A stretch of DNA of 64,000 nt from an uncultured Gammaproteobacteria bacterium (GTDB taxonomy: Bacteria; Pseudomonadota; Gammaproteobacteria; CAWCPV01), in contig CAWCPV010000003.1 of NCBI GenBank assembly GCA_963797555.1, positions 768,001-832,000 on the forward strand. Reading direction: 5' to 3'. Position 1 is the stretch's first letter; each line of letters begins with the position of its first letter. The notes below the pieces were generated by a model that was not told the DNA's origin, ran no database searches, and saw only the letters and a list, made by a program, of their open reading frames with translations. The position numbers and the translations under genes were made by a program. Below, piece by piece: positions 18,982 to 30,541 of this stretch.

Positions 18982-21900
18982 ATGCATGGCTGCGGCCGCC
19001 GCTACGCGCGCCGTCATGAACCCATTGCGCGGGGATGCGCCCCCCACTATGCTACGCCGGTCTCGATCCACGAGTCCGAACAAACACAGCACACCGCACC
19101 GTCGATTTCTCTGGAGCACCCGAGCGTGTCCGCCTGCAGCTCGACTGCGCCGTTTCAGCCCTCGGCACCGGTACTGCGTTCCGGCTCCGGCCTGCTCCCG
19201 CTGTACCGCCGCCTGATCCGAAACCTGGGGCTCGTGAGCCTCGCCGCCGGCGTGTGGGCTGCCGACCTTCCGGCGGCCTTGGGGGAGGTCAAGAGTGCTG
19301 CTCAGATCGTCAGCGTCGAGGGACCGGGGCAGATGCGCCCGGACGAACGCGCGAACTGGCGGCCCGCAGTAGCGGATCAGGATCTCTTCGCGGGAAACTT
19401 CGTACGCACGGGCGCTTACGGCCGCATGGGGCTACTGTTCCGGGACCGTACCCAGGTGCGCCTCCACCAGCGGACCCTGCTGCAGATCAAGGAGGTGCAG
19501 GACGCGGCGCGTCAGACCGGCACGACCCTGCTGCGCCTGAGCCTGGGCCGCGCGTGGTCACAGACCAAGACGCCGCCGAAAGAGCTGTTCATGGAAACGC
19601 CCTCGGCGACGGCGGCCATCCGCGGCACCGACTGGGAGCTGGAGGTCGCCGACGACGGCCGTTCGACCCTGACGGTGTTCAGCGGGGAGGTGGACTTTTT
19701 CAACGATTTCGGGAAGGTCACCGTTCCGGAAGAACGAACAGGCCCTGGCCGAGGTGGGCAAGGCCCCCCTCAAGTTGATCATCGTCAATCCCCGGGACCG
19801 CGTGCAGTGGGTCACCGCATATGCCGTGGAACCCCTGCGGCACATCTACCTTCACGGGTCCCAATTGGACGCGCTCAGGCGCGACCTGGCGTCGGCCCAG
19901 GGTGACCGGCCCGACATCCGCGTGCGCCGCGCCCGCATCCTCGCGGACCTGGGGGACTGGACGCACGCGGAGGCTGAATTCCAGGCGGCCCATGGCGCCC
20001 AGCCGGAGGCTGCCGGACCCATGCTCGGTCTCGGCTTCGTGGCCCTCAAGCAGGGTCATCCCAGGCAGGCCACGGGATGGTTCGACCGCGCTGCGGACGG
20101 TGCCGAGGCACAGGATCGGGAGGTGCTGGCGCTCGGGCGGGTCGCCGCCGACATCGAGTCCGAGCACGTCGCGTCAGCCGTCGGCGCCCTCCAGGACATG
20201 CTCGCAGCGCCGTCTCGGCAACCCGCTCCGTATCTGCTGCTGTCCGATCTCATGGTCCAAGACGGAAGGCTGGACCGTGCGACCGAGTATGCCCAGATGG
20301 GTCTTGCCCGCTTCCCGGACGACGCTCGCCTTTACAGCCAGCTCGCCCGCGTGTACCTGGTCGCCGATCTGTCCGCGAAGAGCGCTCAGGAAGCCCGGCG
20401 CGGCCTGGCGCGGGATCGCGACTCCTATGAGGCGCGCATCGTCCTGGGCGATCGCGCCCGCGTCGAAGGGGACGCCCAGGGCGCGCTGCACGCCTATTCC
20501 GAGGCCGCGGACTTGAAGCCGGCCGACGACCGTGCATGGTACGGACGAGGCGTGGTGCAAAGCGAGCGCGAATACGTCCGGCAGGCGCGCCAGGACCTCG
20601 GAAAGGCCCTGGAGCTGAACCCGGCCGGGCCGGGGTACGAGGGCGAGCTGGGCACGCTGGAAACCTTCGCCAACCGCTTCGACGCAGCGGACAAGGCGTT
20701 CCACACGGCCCTGAAGGCCAAGCCGGACGACTACGTGGCCCTCACCGGTCTGGGGCTCCTCGACCTCAAGCGCGGACGCACCCGGCAGGCGCTGGATGCT
20801 TTCCTGCGGGCGGGCTTGCTGGAGCCGCGTTATGCCCGGGCCCACGTGTACACGGCAGTGGCCTACTACCAGCTCGGGCGCGTCCCGCAGGCATTGGAGG
20901 AGCTGCAGCGCGCAGCCGAGCTGGACGTGAAGGACCCTCTCCCCCACTTTCTCGCCAGCATCATCTACACCGACCTGTTCCAGGCCGACCGGGCCGTGCA
21001 GGAGGCGCGCCAGGCGCTCGAGCTGCTGCCGTACCTGAAGTCTCTGAACGAGATTCAGACCAACCGGCAGGGCACAGGCAACCTGGGCCAGGCCTTCGCC
21101 TTCTTCGGCATGGAGGAGTGGGCCAAGAATTACGCGCAGGAGTCCTACTATCCGTTCTGGGCCGGCAGCCACCTGTTCCTGGCGGACCGCTATCCGGGAC
21201 TGTTCGACAAGAACTCCGAACTGTTTCAGGGCTTCATCGCCGACCCTACCGTGTTCGGGGCGAGCAACCGCTTCCAGACCCTGTTCACCAAACCGGGCTA
21301 CTACTTCACCGGCGGCATCACAGGAGGTGGGAGCAACGACGCGGACGCTTACCAGCCCATCGCCCAGGCGAATGGGCTCAACAACGCCGCCCTGCCCTTC
21401 TCCTACTTCCTGAACTACGAGCCCTTGAGGGCGAATGGGAACCTCGGACCGATCGACCAGGACTCCTACACCGCCGCCATCGGGCTCGTGCCGACTCAGG
21501 AATCCGCCCTGTTCGTGTTCGGCAATCGCGACGCCTAGATGGTGTGTTCGCGGGCTTCCAGTCCGATCTGCGCGACCGCTTGGGGTTGCAGCGCGGGGAC
21601 GCCGGCGGGATGACGCCGAACGTTGCGTAGTCGGCGCTCCGCGGGTGGCGGCGCGCACTACAAGCTCTCGCCCACCTCGCAGGTGTGGCTGAAAGTCGGA
21701 CGGTTCGAGTCGTCCGATCATAACCACGGCACCCTCGACGGGACGCAAGTGGACTCCCAGACGGACGTGGGGGAGCCGGAGTACGCCCTGCGGCACAGCT
21801 TTGCCCTGGGCCAGCGGCACGAGGTCACGTGGGGAATGGAATACGCCAACCGCGATACGGGTTCCCAATTCAGCGAGCTGCTGTTTCCGGAATTCAACGG

Positions 21901-22821
21901 ATCCTTGCTGACCGACATGCAGTTCCGGGACGAGTCCTGGGAGTTCTACGTCTCCGACCGGTTCAAGGCCACTCCCCGCCTGCTCATCGAGGTGGACCTG
22001 CTGTACCAGCGCTGCAGCAGCTCTTCTCCTCCTCCACGGAGCGGTTCAACCCCGGCCAAGTGAGCCCCCGCGTCGGCCTGGTTTACGGTTTCGGGGGCAA
22101 TCGGCTGATCCGGCTCGCCTTCCAGAACTGGATTCGGCCCGCGGCCTTCAGTACCCTTGGCCCGGTGGCCACGGCGGGTATCCCTCTGGAGGACCGGCTG
22201 GTCGGGAGCGGAGGGGAGCTGACCAGCTACCGCGGCCAGTTAGAGTGGGAGTGGACGCCGCGCACCTTCACGCTCGCATACGTGGACTACAAGTCGATCC
22301 ATAACAACCTGTTTCAGCTCAGTCCGTTCACTATCACGGACATCGAGGACCTGCTGAAGCTGCGTTCGCGCAGCTTCGCCACGCTGGCCTCCGACGATCT
22401 CCTGGATGTCGGCGCGGGAGCGGACTTCGACGCCGGCCGGGCCACTTCCGCGGGAGCCGCCATCAACCACATCCTGTCGCAGCGCTGGTCCATGTTCCTG
22501 CGCTACGTATACACCAGCTCGGAGAATACCAGCGACGCCTTCCACGGAAACCGCATCCCGTTCCTGCCCCTCGACGCCGGGGCGGTCGGCGTAACCTACG
22601 TGGGACCCCGGGGGCTGTTCTTCATTACGCGAGCCATTTGTCGGAGCGAACGTTTCTCGGACCAGGCAAACGCCGCCCGGCTCAAGGCGAGCTGGGACTC
22701 GGCCGCCGACCTGTTCTGGGAGTCCCCGCAGAAGCGCTGGTTGCTGCGCTTGGGCATAGACCAGGCATTCAACCGCAACCAGCCCACATTCTACAGTGCC
22801 GAGGTCAACGTCCGCTTCTAG
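18982..22821 (+). CDS. FecR + TPR + outer-membrane beta-barrel protein (several frameshifts; start uncertain)
   Basis: FecR motif TPSATAAIRGTDW, TPR array (19754-21538), beta-strand segments, terminal Phe (AEVNVRF); shifts near 19730, 21540-21650 and 22010. Confidence 0.78.
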
Positions 22822-24812
22822 CGACCCGAAACACGCCTCCCGCAATTTTCTTGTCCGCGCAGCGCTCATCGGCGGCGTGGTGTGGACGGCGGTGGCGCTG
22901 GCGAGCCTCCTGCCCGAGTGGCGGAAGCTCGACCTGGCCTGGTTCGACCTGCTGACGGTCGTCACCGCTCCCGACCGCATGGACCTGCCCATCGTCATCG
23001 TGGGCATCGACGAGCCCTCCTTCGCGGAGTTGCGCCGGCAGTGGCCCTGGCCGCGCAGCCTGCACGGTCGGCTGATCGAGCAGCTCAAGCGCGCGGGGGC
23101 GGCGGTGATCGCCGTGGACGTAGTGTTTGCGGAGCCGTCCGACCCGGCTGAGGATCGGCGCTTCGCTGACTCCATTCGCGCCGCCGGCAATGTGGTGCTG
23201 GCCGGGGACGTGGCCGTTCAGGAGACGCCGCAGTTCCGCCAAGTCATGCGGGTGGAGCCGCTGGAAATTCTGCAGTCGGCCGCCGCCGCGACCGGCATCA
23301 GCAGCATCACCGTCGATTCGGACCTCGTCGTGCGGCAGGTGCCGAGCAGCTCGGACGCGTTTTGGCGGCAGATCCTGCGGGTCTACAGGCATGGCCGGAG
23401 CGCCGCGGTAAACAGCGGTGCCGTTTCTCGGGGTGCCCTGCTCCGCTATCTCGGCCCGGACCATTGGTTCCCCTATGTCTCCTACTACCAGGCACTGGAG
23501 CCCGATGCTTTGCTGCCCGAAGGCACCTTCCGCGACCGGATCGTCCTGGTGGGCTTGGACATCAAGGCGTCTCCGGAGCCGGGCGCCGCCCGCGCCGACA
23601 TGTTTGCCACCCCCTTCCTGGCCTTCACCGGATGGCTGACGCCCGGCGTAGAAATCCAGGCCAACTTTCTCGCCAACGCGCTGTTCGGCCGGGCCATCCA
23701 TGAAGTGCCCGCGAGCGTGCCGCTCGGCCTGACTGGCGGCGCGCTGACGCTCGCGATTCTGTGGGCCCGCCGGTGGCGTCCTCTTGCGGGCGGACTGCAG
23801 CTCTTGGCGCTGGCCGGGCTTCTGGGGGCGGGGAGCTGGGGGCTATTCGCCTTCCGCGATACCTGGCTACCGATCCTCGCTCCGGTGTCCGCGCTCCTGC
23901 TCATGTACACGGGGCAGGCGGGGCTCGCGTTCGCCACCGAGCGCCGCCGACGCCGCCAGATCAAGCATGCCTTCCGGCACTATGTCTCGCCTCAGGTGGT
24001 CGAGGAGATCCTGGCCCATCCGGAGAAGCTGGTGCTGGGAGGCGTCCGCCGCGATCTTACCCTGCTATTCACGGATCTTGCCGGCTTCACCTCCGTCTCC
24101 GAGAAGCTGAGCCCGGAGCAGGTGGCGCAAGTGCTGAACAGCCACCTCACCGCCATGACCCGCATCGTGCTCGCCCACGGAGGAACCGTGGACAAGTTCA
24201 TCGGGGATGCGATCATGGCTTTCTGGGGTGCCCCGCTGGAGGATCCCGAGGAGGCGCTCCATGCGTGCCAGGCAGCGTGGGAGATGCAGGAGGAGATTGA
24301 AGAGGCTGCGGCGAGCCCACGAGGATGACCCGACCTTCCCGAGCATCAGCATGCGCATCGGCGTGCACTCGGGGTGCGCGGTGGTCGGCAACATGGGCTC
24401 CCTGGATCGGTTCGACTACACGGCGGTCGGCGACAACGTCAACCTCGCCTCACGCCTGGAAGGCGTCAACAAGCTCTACGGCACGGAGGTGCTGCTGAGC
24501 GCTGCAACTGCGGAGCAGCTTCGAGGGAGGATGCCCCTTCGCCTCGTCGACAAAGTCCGGCTCAAGGGCAAGACGCAGCCCATCGAGGTCTACAGCTTCG
24601 CCATGGACCCGACGCTGGGTGGGCTCGACGAGCAGGCTATCGCCGCCTATCGACCACAGCAGTGGGACCAAGCCGAGAGCGTGTGGCACGAGGTGCTGCA
24701 GCGTGTCCCGGGCGACGGGATCGCTCAGGTCTACCTCAAGCGTATCACGGCCCTTCGTAACGCCCCGCCCGGAGCCGACTGGGACGGGTCCGTAGCCCTG
24801 GACAAGATGTGA
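22796..24812 (+). CDS. CHASE2-domain adenylate/guanylate cyclase (frameshift near 24300)
   Basis: IVIVGID..WPWPR, PGVEIQAN, three TMs, LFTDLAGFT, DKFIGDAIMAFW, GDNVNLASRLE. Confidence 0.9.
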
Positions 24813-26045
24813 TGAGAGGCCGGCCCGCGCTCGCCGGCCGCTTAGCACGATTCGCACCCCTCGCGTGCGGTCCACCAGGGTGACTCTCTCGCGGCGGGCG
24901 GGCCGTCCGCCGTGCTCACCCGGTACCGGTCACGACGGGAATCACTTTATCGACGATTCCCTTTCCGGCATCGGCGGCTTTGTCGACGAGCCCGGAGACC
25001 CTGCTGATGCGCTCGGCGAGCCTTTCCTTGGTCTTCACCTCGTCCTTGAGATCTTTCGTCGCCTTCTTGAGATCTGAAACCGCCGATTAACCGATCATGG
25101 TACAAGGCTTGACGCCCTCTCCGTGGCGCCAGCGGGTGGTGCCCTCTGGCACCGGCGGCGCTGCCCTCCAGGGAAATCCACACCATCCCGAACGGTGGTA
25201 TAAGACCCGGCGCTTTGTGGATTCTCGGCTCGGCGGTCGGTGACACGTGGCTTACCGGACCAAGGACGACCGGGGGTTAGGAGTCCTGTACCTATAAGAT
25301 GCAGTTAAAGATTTGAAACGTTTTACCGCCGTGAAACCCCTTACCCACGCACTGCCGCCCAACCCCCGAGGGGTGACCAAAAGGAAAAACGGGAAAATTC
25401 CCTAACCCGGCCGAGCCGGAACCAAAAGGTTGGACCACCGGAACATCGCCACCAACCCAACAGCGGCGCTGGTTTCCAGGATCGGCGACAGAAAGCTTCC
25501 GTGAAGAACATAAGACTTCAACGGCAAGGACTAAGGGAAATCCCCTATTGCTCTTCCGCGCCCACGGGACCAAAAATGTGCGCAACTGAACTCAGGCTAT
25601 TCAGTGAGCGGCAGACTAACGGATACCGGCACCTGGCCGTACCTGCGAGCACCTTCGCGCTAGGCTGACGGAGAGTTTCGGAGCGGCATCATAAGGCGAC
25701 GGTGCGCTGTACAACATCTGGCAGACGGTGCCGCACGCGGGACCATGGAGCCGCGGGAACCGCGTGGGCGGCTGGGTGAGTTCCGACGGAGCCCTGGGAA
25801 GTGTTCGGCATCGGTTCGGAGTGAGCTGATCGAGCAGTGTCGGCAGGAAGCGAAAGGAGGAAGAACCACATGCTTGGTTCGGCGGTTCAGCATCACCAAG
25901 TCATGAATCACTGGGTATCGATCACACCCTCAGTCTTCCTTCGGAAACCGTATGATCGTACGGGACTTGACAACATACCCCATCCCAAGGGATCACACAT
26001 GATCCATTGGGAGTGGGAAATTACCGGCACAACCTTGGAGTATCC

Positions 26046-28250
26046 ATGATGGAAACCAAGAGCGATCCTGCAAACGTACTGACAGAGGAACAGGCAGAGA
26101 AGAGTGCTCATCCAGAGGCGCCTACCGAGTTACCACTCGAGCGGCAACAGTTCAGAGCCCTGATCCTGGCCAACCCCAATTATTTCGGGAACATAAAGGT
26201 CAGCCCATTCAAGCCGGTGCTCAACATTCAGTCGAACACGACCTATGAGGAGATCGGCTGCGTCGGCTTCCAGCCGCAGTTCAATCGACTGGACGCCGTC
26301 GTTTATGTCAAGCAGTCATTTGGCTACGGCGGCAGCGTGTGTTCCAACGGCACCCCCGAATACGTCCGCTTCTATCTGTCGTGCGACCACGGCGCGACCT
26401 GGCAAGACCTGGGTCTGGCGAACTTCACGGCGTACGACATTCCGGAAGGCACGGCAGGCGCTAAGCGGCTCGAATATGATGTGACGCTGCAAATCAATCT
26501 CTCGAAGAAGTTTTGCTTTGTCAACAATCTCTGCCGTGTTCGAGCGATCCTATCGTGGAATGTTCCACCTCCGCCGAATGAGCCAAACTTCACGCCAGTG
26601 TGGGGTAACGTTCACGATACTTACATCCAGATTGATCCGATCAAGCTGATCATACTCGGTGATCTCTTGAAGGAAGCCAAGCTCAAGCTTCCGCCGCAGA
26701 TCGATGCTGCCCTCGACCTGTCTCAGCCTTTGCTCGCCACCCAGCCCAAGACACTCGGTGCGGCAGAGCTACAGGCGCTCTACAAGGACAAAGGGGTCGA
26801 GCCGCATCGCCTCGCGTTGGACGAACTTCAGAAGCTGATCACCACTCCGACTTTCAGCGAATCATTGATGTCGTCTGGCTTCAAAGGTGTGCTACCAGGT
26901 CTTGAGATCAATTGGGCAGACATCATCGGCAAGTTGTTTCCGGTTGACGGCGACACACGCTACGAGCAGCTGGAGTGTGTCGGCCTTAACTCCGATCAGG
27001 ACACCCTCGTAGGCGTCCTCCGCGTGAAGCTTTCCTCAGGTTACTCGGGCGGCCCTTGTACGGCGGGCAGCAGAGAGTATGTCACGTTCTGGGGCGATTT
27101 CGACGACAACGGCACTTTCGCAACCTGTCTGGGGACCACTTCGGTTAGTGTCTATGACATCGCCAATATCCCGAAAGAAGGGCTGGAATACGTCGTCTTT
27201 CTCCCGGTCAACTTGAACGAACATCGCCAGCCTTGCGAGAAAGGTCCCAAGGTCGTGAAGATCCGGGCGATTCTCTCATGGCAAGTCCCGCCTCCTTGCA
27301 ACAATCCCAACTTTATCCCCGTATGGGGCAACCGCGAGGAGACCTTGATCCACATCAAGCCGGGCTCCGTCCAGACTGGTCACGCGCCGTTTATCGAAAC
27401 AGTCGGACGCGTGCAGGTCCCGCATATCAACGCTGTCACTGGCCTGGCGAATGGGGGTGCAGCGGGCTTCACGCCTCAGGACAGTCCCTTTGGAGGACTG
27501 GTACTGATAGGTGGACATATCGCCAACCCCACGGACATCAGCAGCGGTGCTCCGCCGCTCAAGTACAAGGTTTCGGTAAGCAACGACGGCGGCGCTACGT
27601 GGCAAGCCTTGACCAACACGTTCTCCGTCGGGCGCAGCCAACTGCTCAACGGGATCTGGAGCTTTCTGCCGGATGCAACTCAAGCCGATCTCGGAGGCGG
27701 TTTTTACGAGTACCGCGAAGACCTGACGAACGGGCCCGGTAATGCCCAAATCTTTGTTACAGAGAACATGCTGGCGCAGTGGCAGACTTCCGGTCTGACG
27801 GGTCTGTGGCAGATCATGATCGAGGCTACGGACGGTGTTAACACGTACGTTGGTAATGTTGTGACCGTGCGTCTGGACAACCAGGCACCACAGTTCCCGG
27901 CGGGAAGCTTCAAGATCACTTCCGGCGGCGGAAGCTGCGCGGACTTCGTCATCGGTGACGTGATCGAGGGCACCTATGAAGTCGCCGATGAGCACTTCGG
28001 AAGCCTCAACCTCGCCGTGCTACCCGCACTGGGCGGTGCCTTCACAAGCCCTGTACCGTTGCCACGGACGTACCCGACCGTCCCGACCACCGGCGAAGCA
28101 GGGACTTGGAAGCTCGACACTACCGGGATGCCGAAGTGCGGTTACGTGGTTAGGCTCAGCGCTACCGACAGAACCATCGTCAATAGCGGTGGGATCGGCT
28201 TCTACAACGAAATCTTTGTCGGCTTATGTTTAAGAGAAAAGACTGAGTAA
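26046..28250 (+). CDS. Large hypothetical protein with a duplicated beta-rich domain; probable gene cassette
   Basis: Two copies of T.YE...CVG...GY.G..C..G..EYV.F...RAILSW.VPPP...PNF.PVWGN; GGAG RBS before ATG 26046; attC follows. Confidence 0.8.
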   Translation: MMETKSDPANVLTEEQAEKSAHPEAPTELPLERQQFRALILANPNYFGNIKVSPFKPVLNIQSNTTYEEIGCVGFQPQFNRLDAVVYVKQSFGYGGSVCSNGTPEYVRFYLSCDHGATWQDLGLANFTAYDIPEGTAGAKRLEYDVTLQINLSKKFCFVNNLCRVRAILSWNVPPPPNEPNFTPVWGNVHDTYIQIDPIKLIILGDLLKEAKLKLPPQIDAALDLSQPLLATQPKTLGAAELQALYKDKGVEPHRLALDELQKLITTPTFSESLMSSGFKGVLPGLEINWADIIGKLFPVDGDTRYEQLECVGLNSDQDTLVGVLRVKLSSGYSGGPCTAGSREYVTFWGDFDDNGTFATCLGTTSVSVYDIANIPKEGLEYVVFLPVNLNEHRQPCEKGPKVVKIRAILSWQVPPPCNNPNFIPVWGNREETLIHIKPGSVQTGHAPFIETVGRVQVPHINAVTGLANGGAAGFTPQDSPFGGLVLIGGHIANPTDISSGAPPLKYKVSVSNDGGATWQALTNTFSVGRSQLLNGIWSFLPDATQADLGGGFYEYREDLTNGPGNAQIFVTENMLAQWQTSGLTGLWQIMIEATDGVNTYVGNVVTVRLDNQAPQFPAGSFKITSGGGSCADFVIGDVIEGTYEVADEHFGSLNLAVLPALGGAFTSPVPLPRTYPTVPTTGEAGTWKLDTTGMPKCGYVVRLSATDRTIVNSGGIGFYNEIFVGLCLREKTE

Positions 28251-28289
28251 CGTGGGAATGTATTGAGTCATACATGACTAAACACGATA

Positions 28290-28354
28290 GCCTAACAACC
28301 GCTTTAGAGAGGGACGCGGCATAAGGCGCCGCGCCCTCAAGAGGAGCGTTAGGA
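28290..28354 (+). mobile_element. Integron attC site
   Basis: GCCTAAC...GAGGGACGCGGC-ATAAGGC-GCCGCGCCCTC...GTTAGGA imperfect palindrome 40 bp after a stop codon. Confidence 0.8.
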
Positions 28355-28482
28355 GAAGCACTAGAAGAGACTGGTGCGGGGGTTTTTTGTTTTCCCTGAG
28401 TAGACGAGATATCGCCGCCGAGACGGCCTAAACTTTTGCCGACCTCTATCTCGGCCGAGGTCAAGGATGAGGAGGATAAACT

Positions 28483-30099
28483 GTGCCCACAGATCCCAAC
28501 CGTTCGATAGTTCGTCACAGTGAGCGTATCCCCCTTCACGGGGCGCGCGCTGTCGGTCCGGTTCCCAAGGACGAGCGATTTGAAGTGACAGTCCGAGTCC
28601 GACGCAGGACGCCTCTCCAGAGCTTGGCAGCAAACGGCTTCCACACAGACCAATCGCCTGAGAAGCGCCGCTACCTGACCCGCGACCAATACGCTTCCGC
28701 ACATGGCGCCGATCCGGCCGACCTCGCGAAAGTCGAGGCCTTTGCGCGAACACACAATCTGATCATCATCGAAACCAGCACGGCCCGGCGTAGCGTTTTC
28801 CTTTCGGGTACGGCTGCCGACTTCGCCGCGGCGTTCGGGACGACGATTGAAGACTATGAATATGACGGTGGGACCTACCGTGGTCGGACCGGACCGTTGA
28901 CCGTGCCATCCGACTTGACCGATGTCGTTGAGGGCGTGTTCGGCATCGACGACCGCCCGGTAGCCAAGCCGCACTTCCAGCGCTATGAGCCGGCACCCAA
29001 TATCGGCATCCAAGCTCACGCCGCTGGCAACTCGTTCACCCCGCCAGAACTGGCAAAGCTCTATGCCTTCCCGACCGGCCTGGACGGCACAGGGCAGTGT
29101 ATCGCTATCATCGAGCTCGGCGGCGGATATCGCACGGCCGATATCAAGGCCTATTTTCACAAGCTCGGCTTGCCCGTGCCGAAGGTCAAGACAGTCCGGG
29201 TCGATGGCGGGAAGAACCAGCCTTCGACCGCCGATGGCGCCGACGGCGAAGTGATGCTCGACATCGAGGTGGCTGCCGCGATTGCGCCGAAGGCGCGGAT
29301 CGCCGTCTACTTCGCACCCAACACCGATAAAGGGTTCCTGGACGCCATCACCATGGCAATCCACGACACGACTAATAAGCCGTCGGTGATCTCGATCAGC
29401 TGGGGTGCCTCGGAGAAAAACTGGACCGGGCAGGCCATGACATCTTACGACCAAGCCTTTCAGACTGCGGCTGCTCTGGGGGTAACGGTCTGTTGCGCAT
29501 CAGGCGACAACGGTTCGGGGGATGGCGAAACAGACGGAAAGGCGTACGTGGACTTTCCGGCGTCCAGCCCGTTTGTGTTGGGTTGTGGGGGCACCAAACT
29601 CACCGCCTCCGAGGACACGATCTCCAGCGAGGTGGTCTGGAACGAGGGGACCAACAGCGCGACTGGGGGCGGAGTGAGTGCCTTCTTCCCCGTGCCAACG
29701 TATCAGAGCGTGGTCGGCGTCCCGACGTCCGTGAACCCCGACGGTCACGAGGGTCGTGGTGTTCCCGACGCCGCGGGAGATGCGGACCCGGCTACGGGCT
29801 ACCTCGTCCGCGTCGATGGCCAAGAGTTTGTGATTGGTGGCACTAGTGCAGTAGCCCCTTTGTGGGCCGGTCTGGTTGCGCTGATGAACCAGAAGATCGG
29901 TCATCCGGTTGGCTTCCTTAACCCGCTGCTCTACGGCTCACTCGTTGGCACGGGCTCCTTCCGAGATATCTCCTCGGGTAACAACGGTGCCTACGGAGCC
30001 AAACAGGGTTGGGACGCTTGCACCGGATGGGGGACACCCAGCGGGGTGAAGCTTCTCCATGCTCTTCGGAGGTTGAGCTTGAAGACGGCGCCTAACTAG
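28483..30099 (+). CDS. S53 family peptidase (sedolisin/kumamolisin-like); gene cassette
   Basis: Pro-domain, EVMLD, SGDNG, GGTSA, GWDACTGWG motifs. Confidence 0.93.
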   Translation: MPTDPNRSIVRHSERIPLHGARAVGPVPKDERFEVTVRVRRRTPLQSLAANGFHTDQSPEKRRYLTRDQYASAHGADPADLAKVEAFARTHNLIIIETSTARRSVFLSGTAADFAAAFGTTIEDYEYDGGTYRGRTGPLTVPSDLTDVVEGVFGIDDRPVAKPHFQRYEPAPNIGIQAHAAGNSFTPPELAKLYAFPTGLDGTGQCIAIIELGGGYRTADIKAYFHKLGLPVPKVKTVRVDGGKNQPSTADGADGEVMLDIEVAAAIAPKARIAVYFAPNTDKGFLDAITMAIHDTTNKPSVISISWGASEKNWTGQAMTSYDQAFQTAAALGVTVCCASGDNGSGDGETDGKAYVDFPASSPFVLGCGGTKLTASEDTISSEVVWNEGTNSATGGGVSAFFPVPTYQSVVGVPTSVNPDGHEGRGVPDAAGDADPATGYLVRVDGQEFVIGGTSAVAPLWAGLVALMNQKIGHPVGFLNPLLYGSLVGTGSFRDISSGNNGAYGAKQGWDACTGWGTPSGVKLLHALRRLSLKTAPN

Positions 30100-30185
30100 G
30101 CGCGCACCTGACCGCGGCGGCATCACGGCTTTTCAGTGGCCAAAGCCTCACCAGCCGCCACGGCAGGTGGACTTGGTGGTTGGCT
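30090..30185 (+). mobile_element. Integron attC site (degenerate R')
   Basis: GCCTAAC overlapping the gene end; CACCTGACCGCGGCGGC pairs with GCCGCCACGGCAGGTG; GTTGGCT at the end. Confidence 0.7.
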
Positions 30186-30541
30186 TTGTCGAAACGTAGC
30201 CGACCAGGGGTAACGAGTTTTGTGGGGGAACCATGACACGCTCTTAATATGACGTTTTGGACCGTTTCAATTTCGGCAGCACGTCGAAACCGACACTGCG
30301 CGGTACTGAGGAGCCACCATACCTGGGTGACAAGCACGACTCGGTCGCAGCCAGCCAGGAGAAACCGGGGCCGACCAAAACAACAACAGCTCAGGTCTGC
30401 GACAATACAAGCCCTGCCGGCAGAAAAGAGCAGGTTCGGGTGCGTTTCGCCCTTGACGCAAATCGGCTGATGGGTGGCCCCTCTCCCGCGGCCGGATTGC
30501 ACTCACGGCCCGTGCGGCCGCTGCCTTGAGGAGGAGATAGC

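Noticed and set aside
24900-25090. tatA-like fragment
   Set aside because: Charged helical reading without the TM and FG motif; not supportable.
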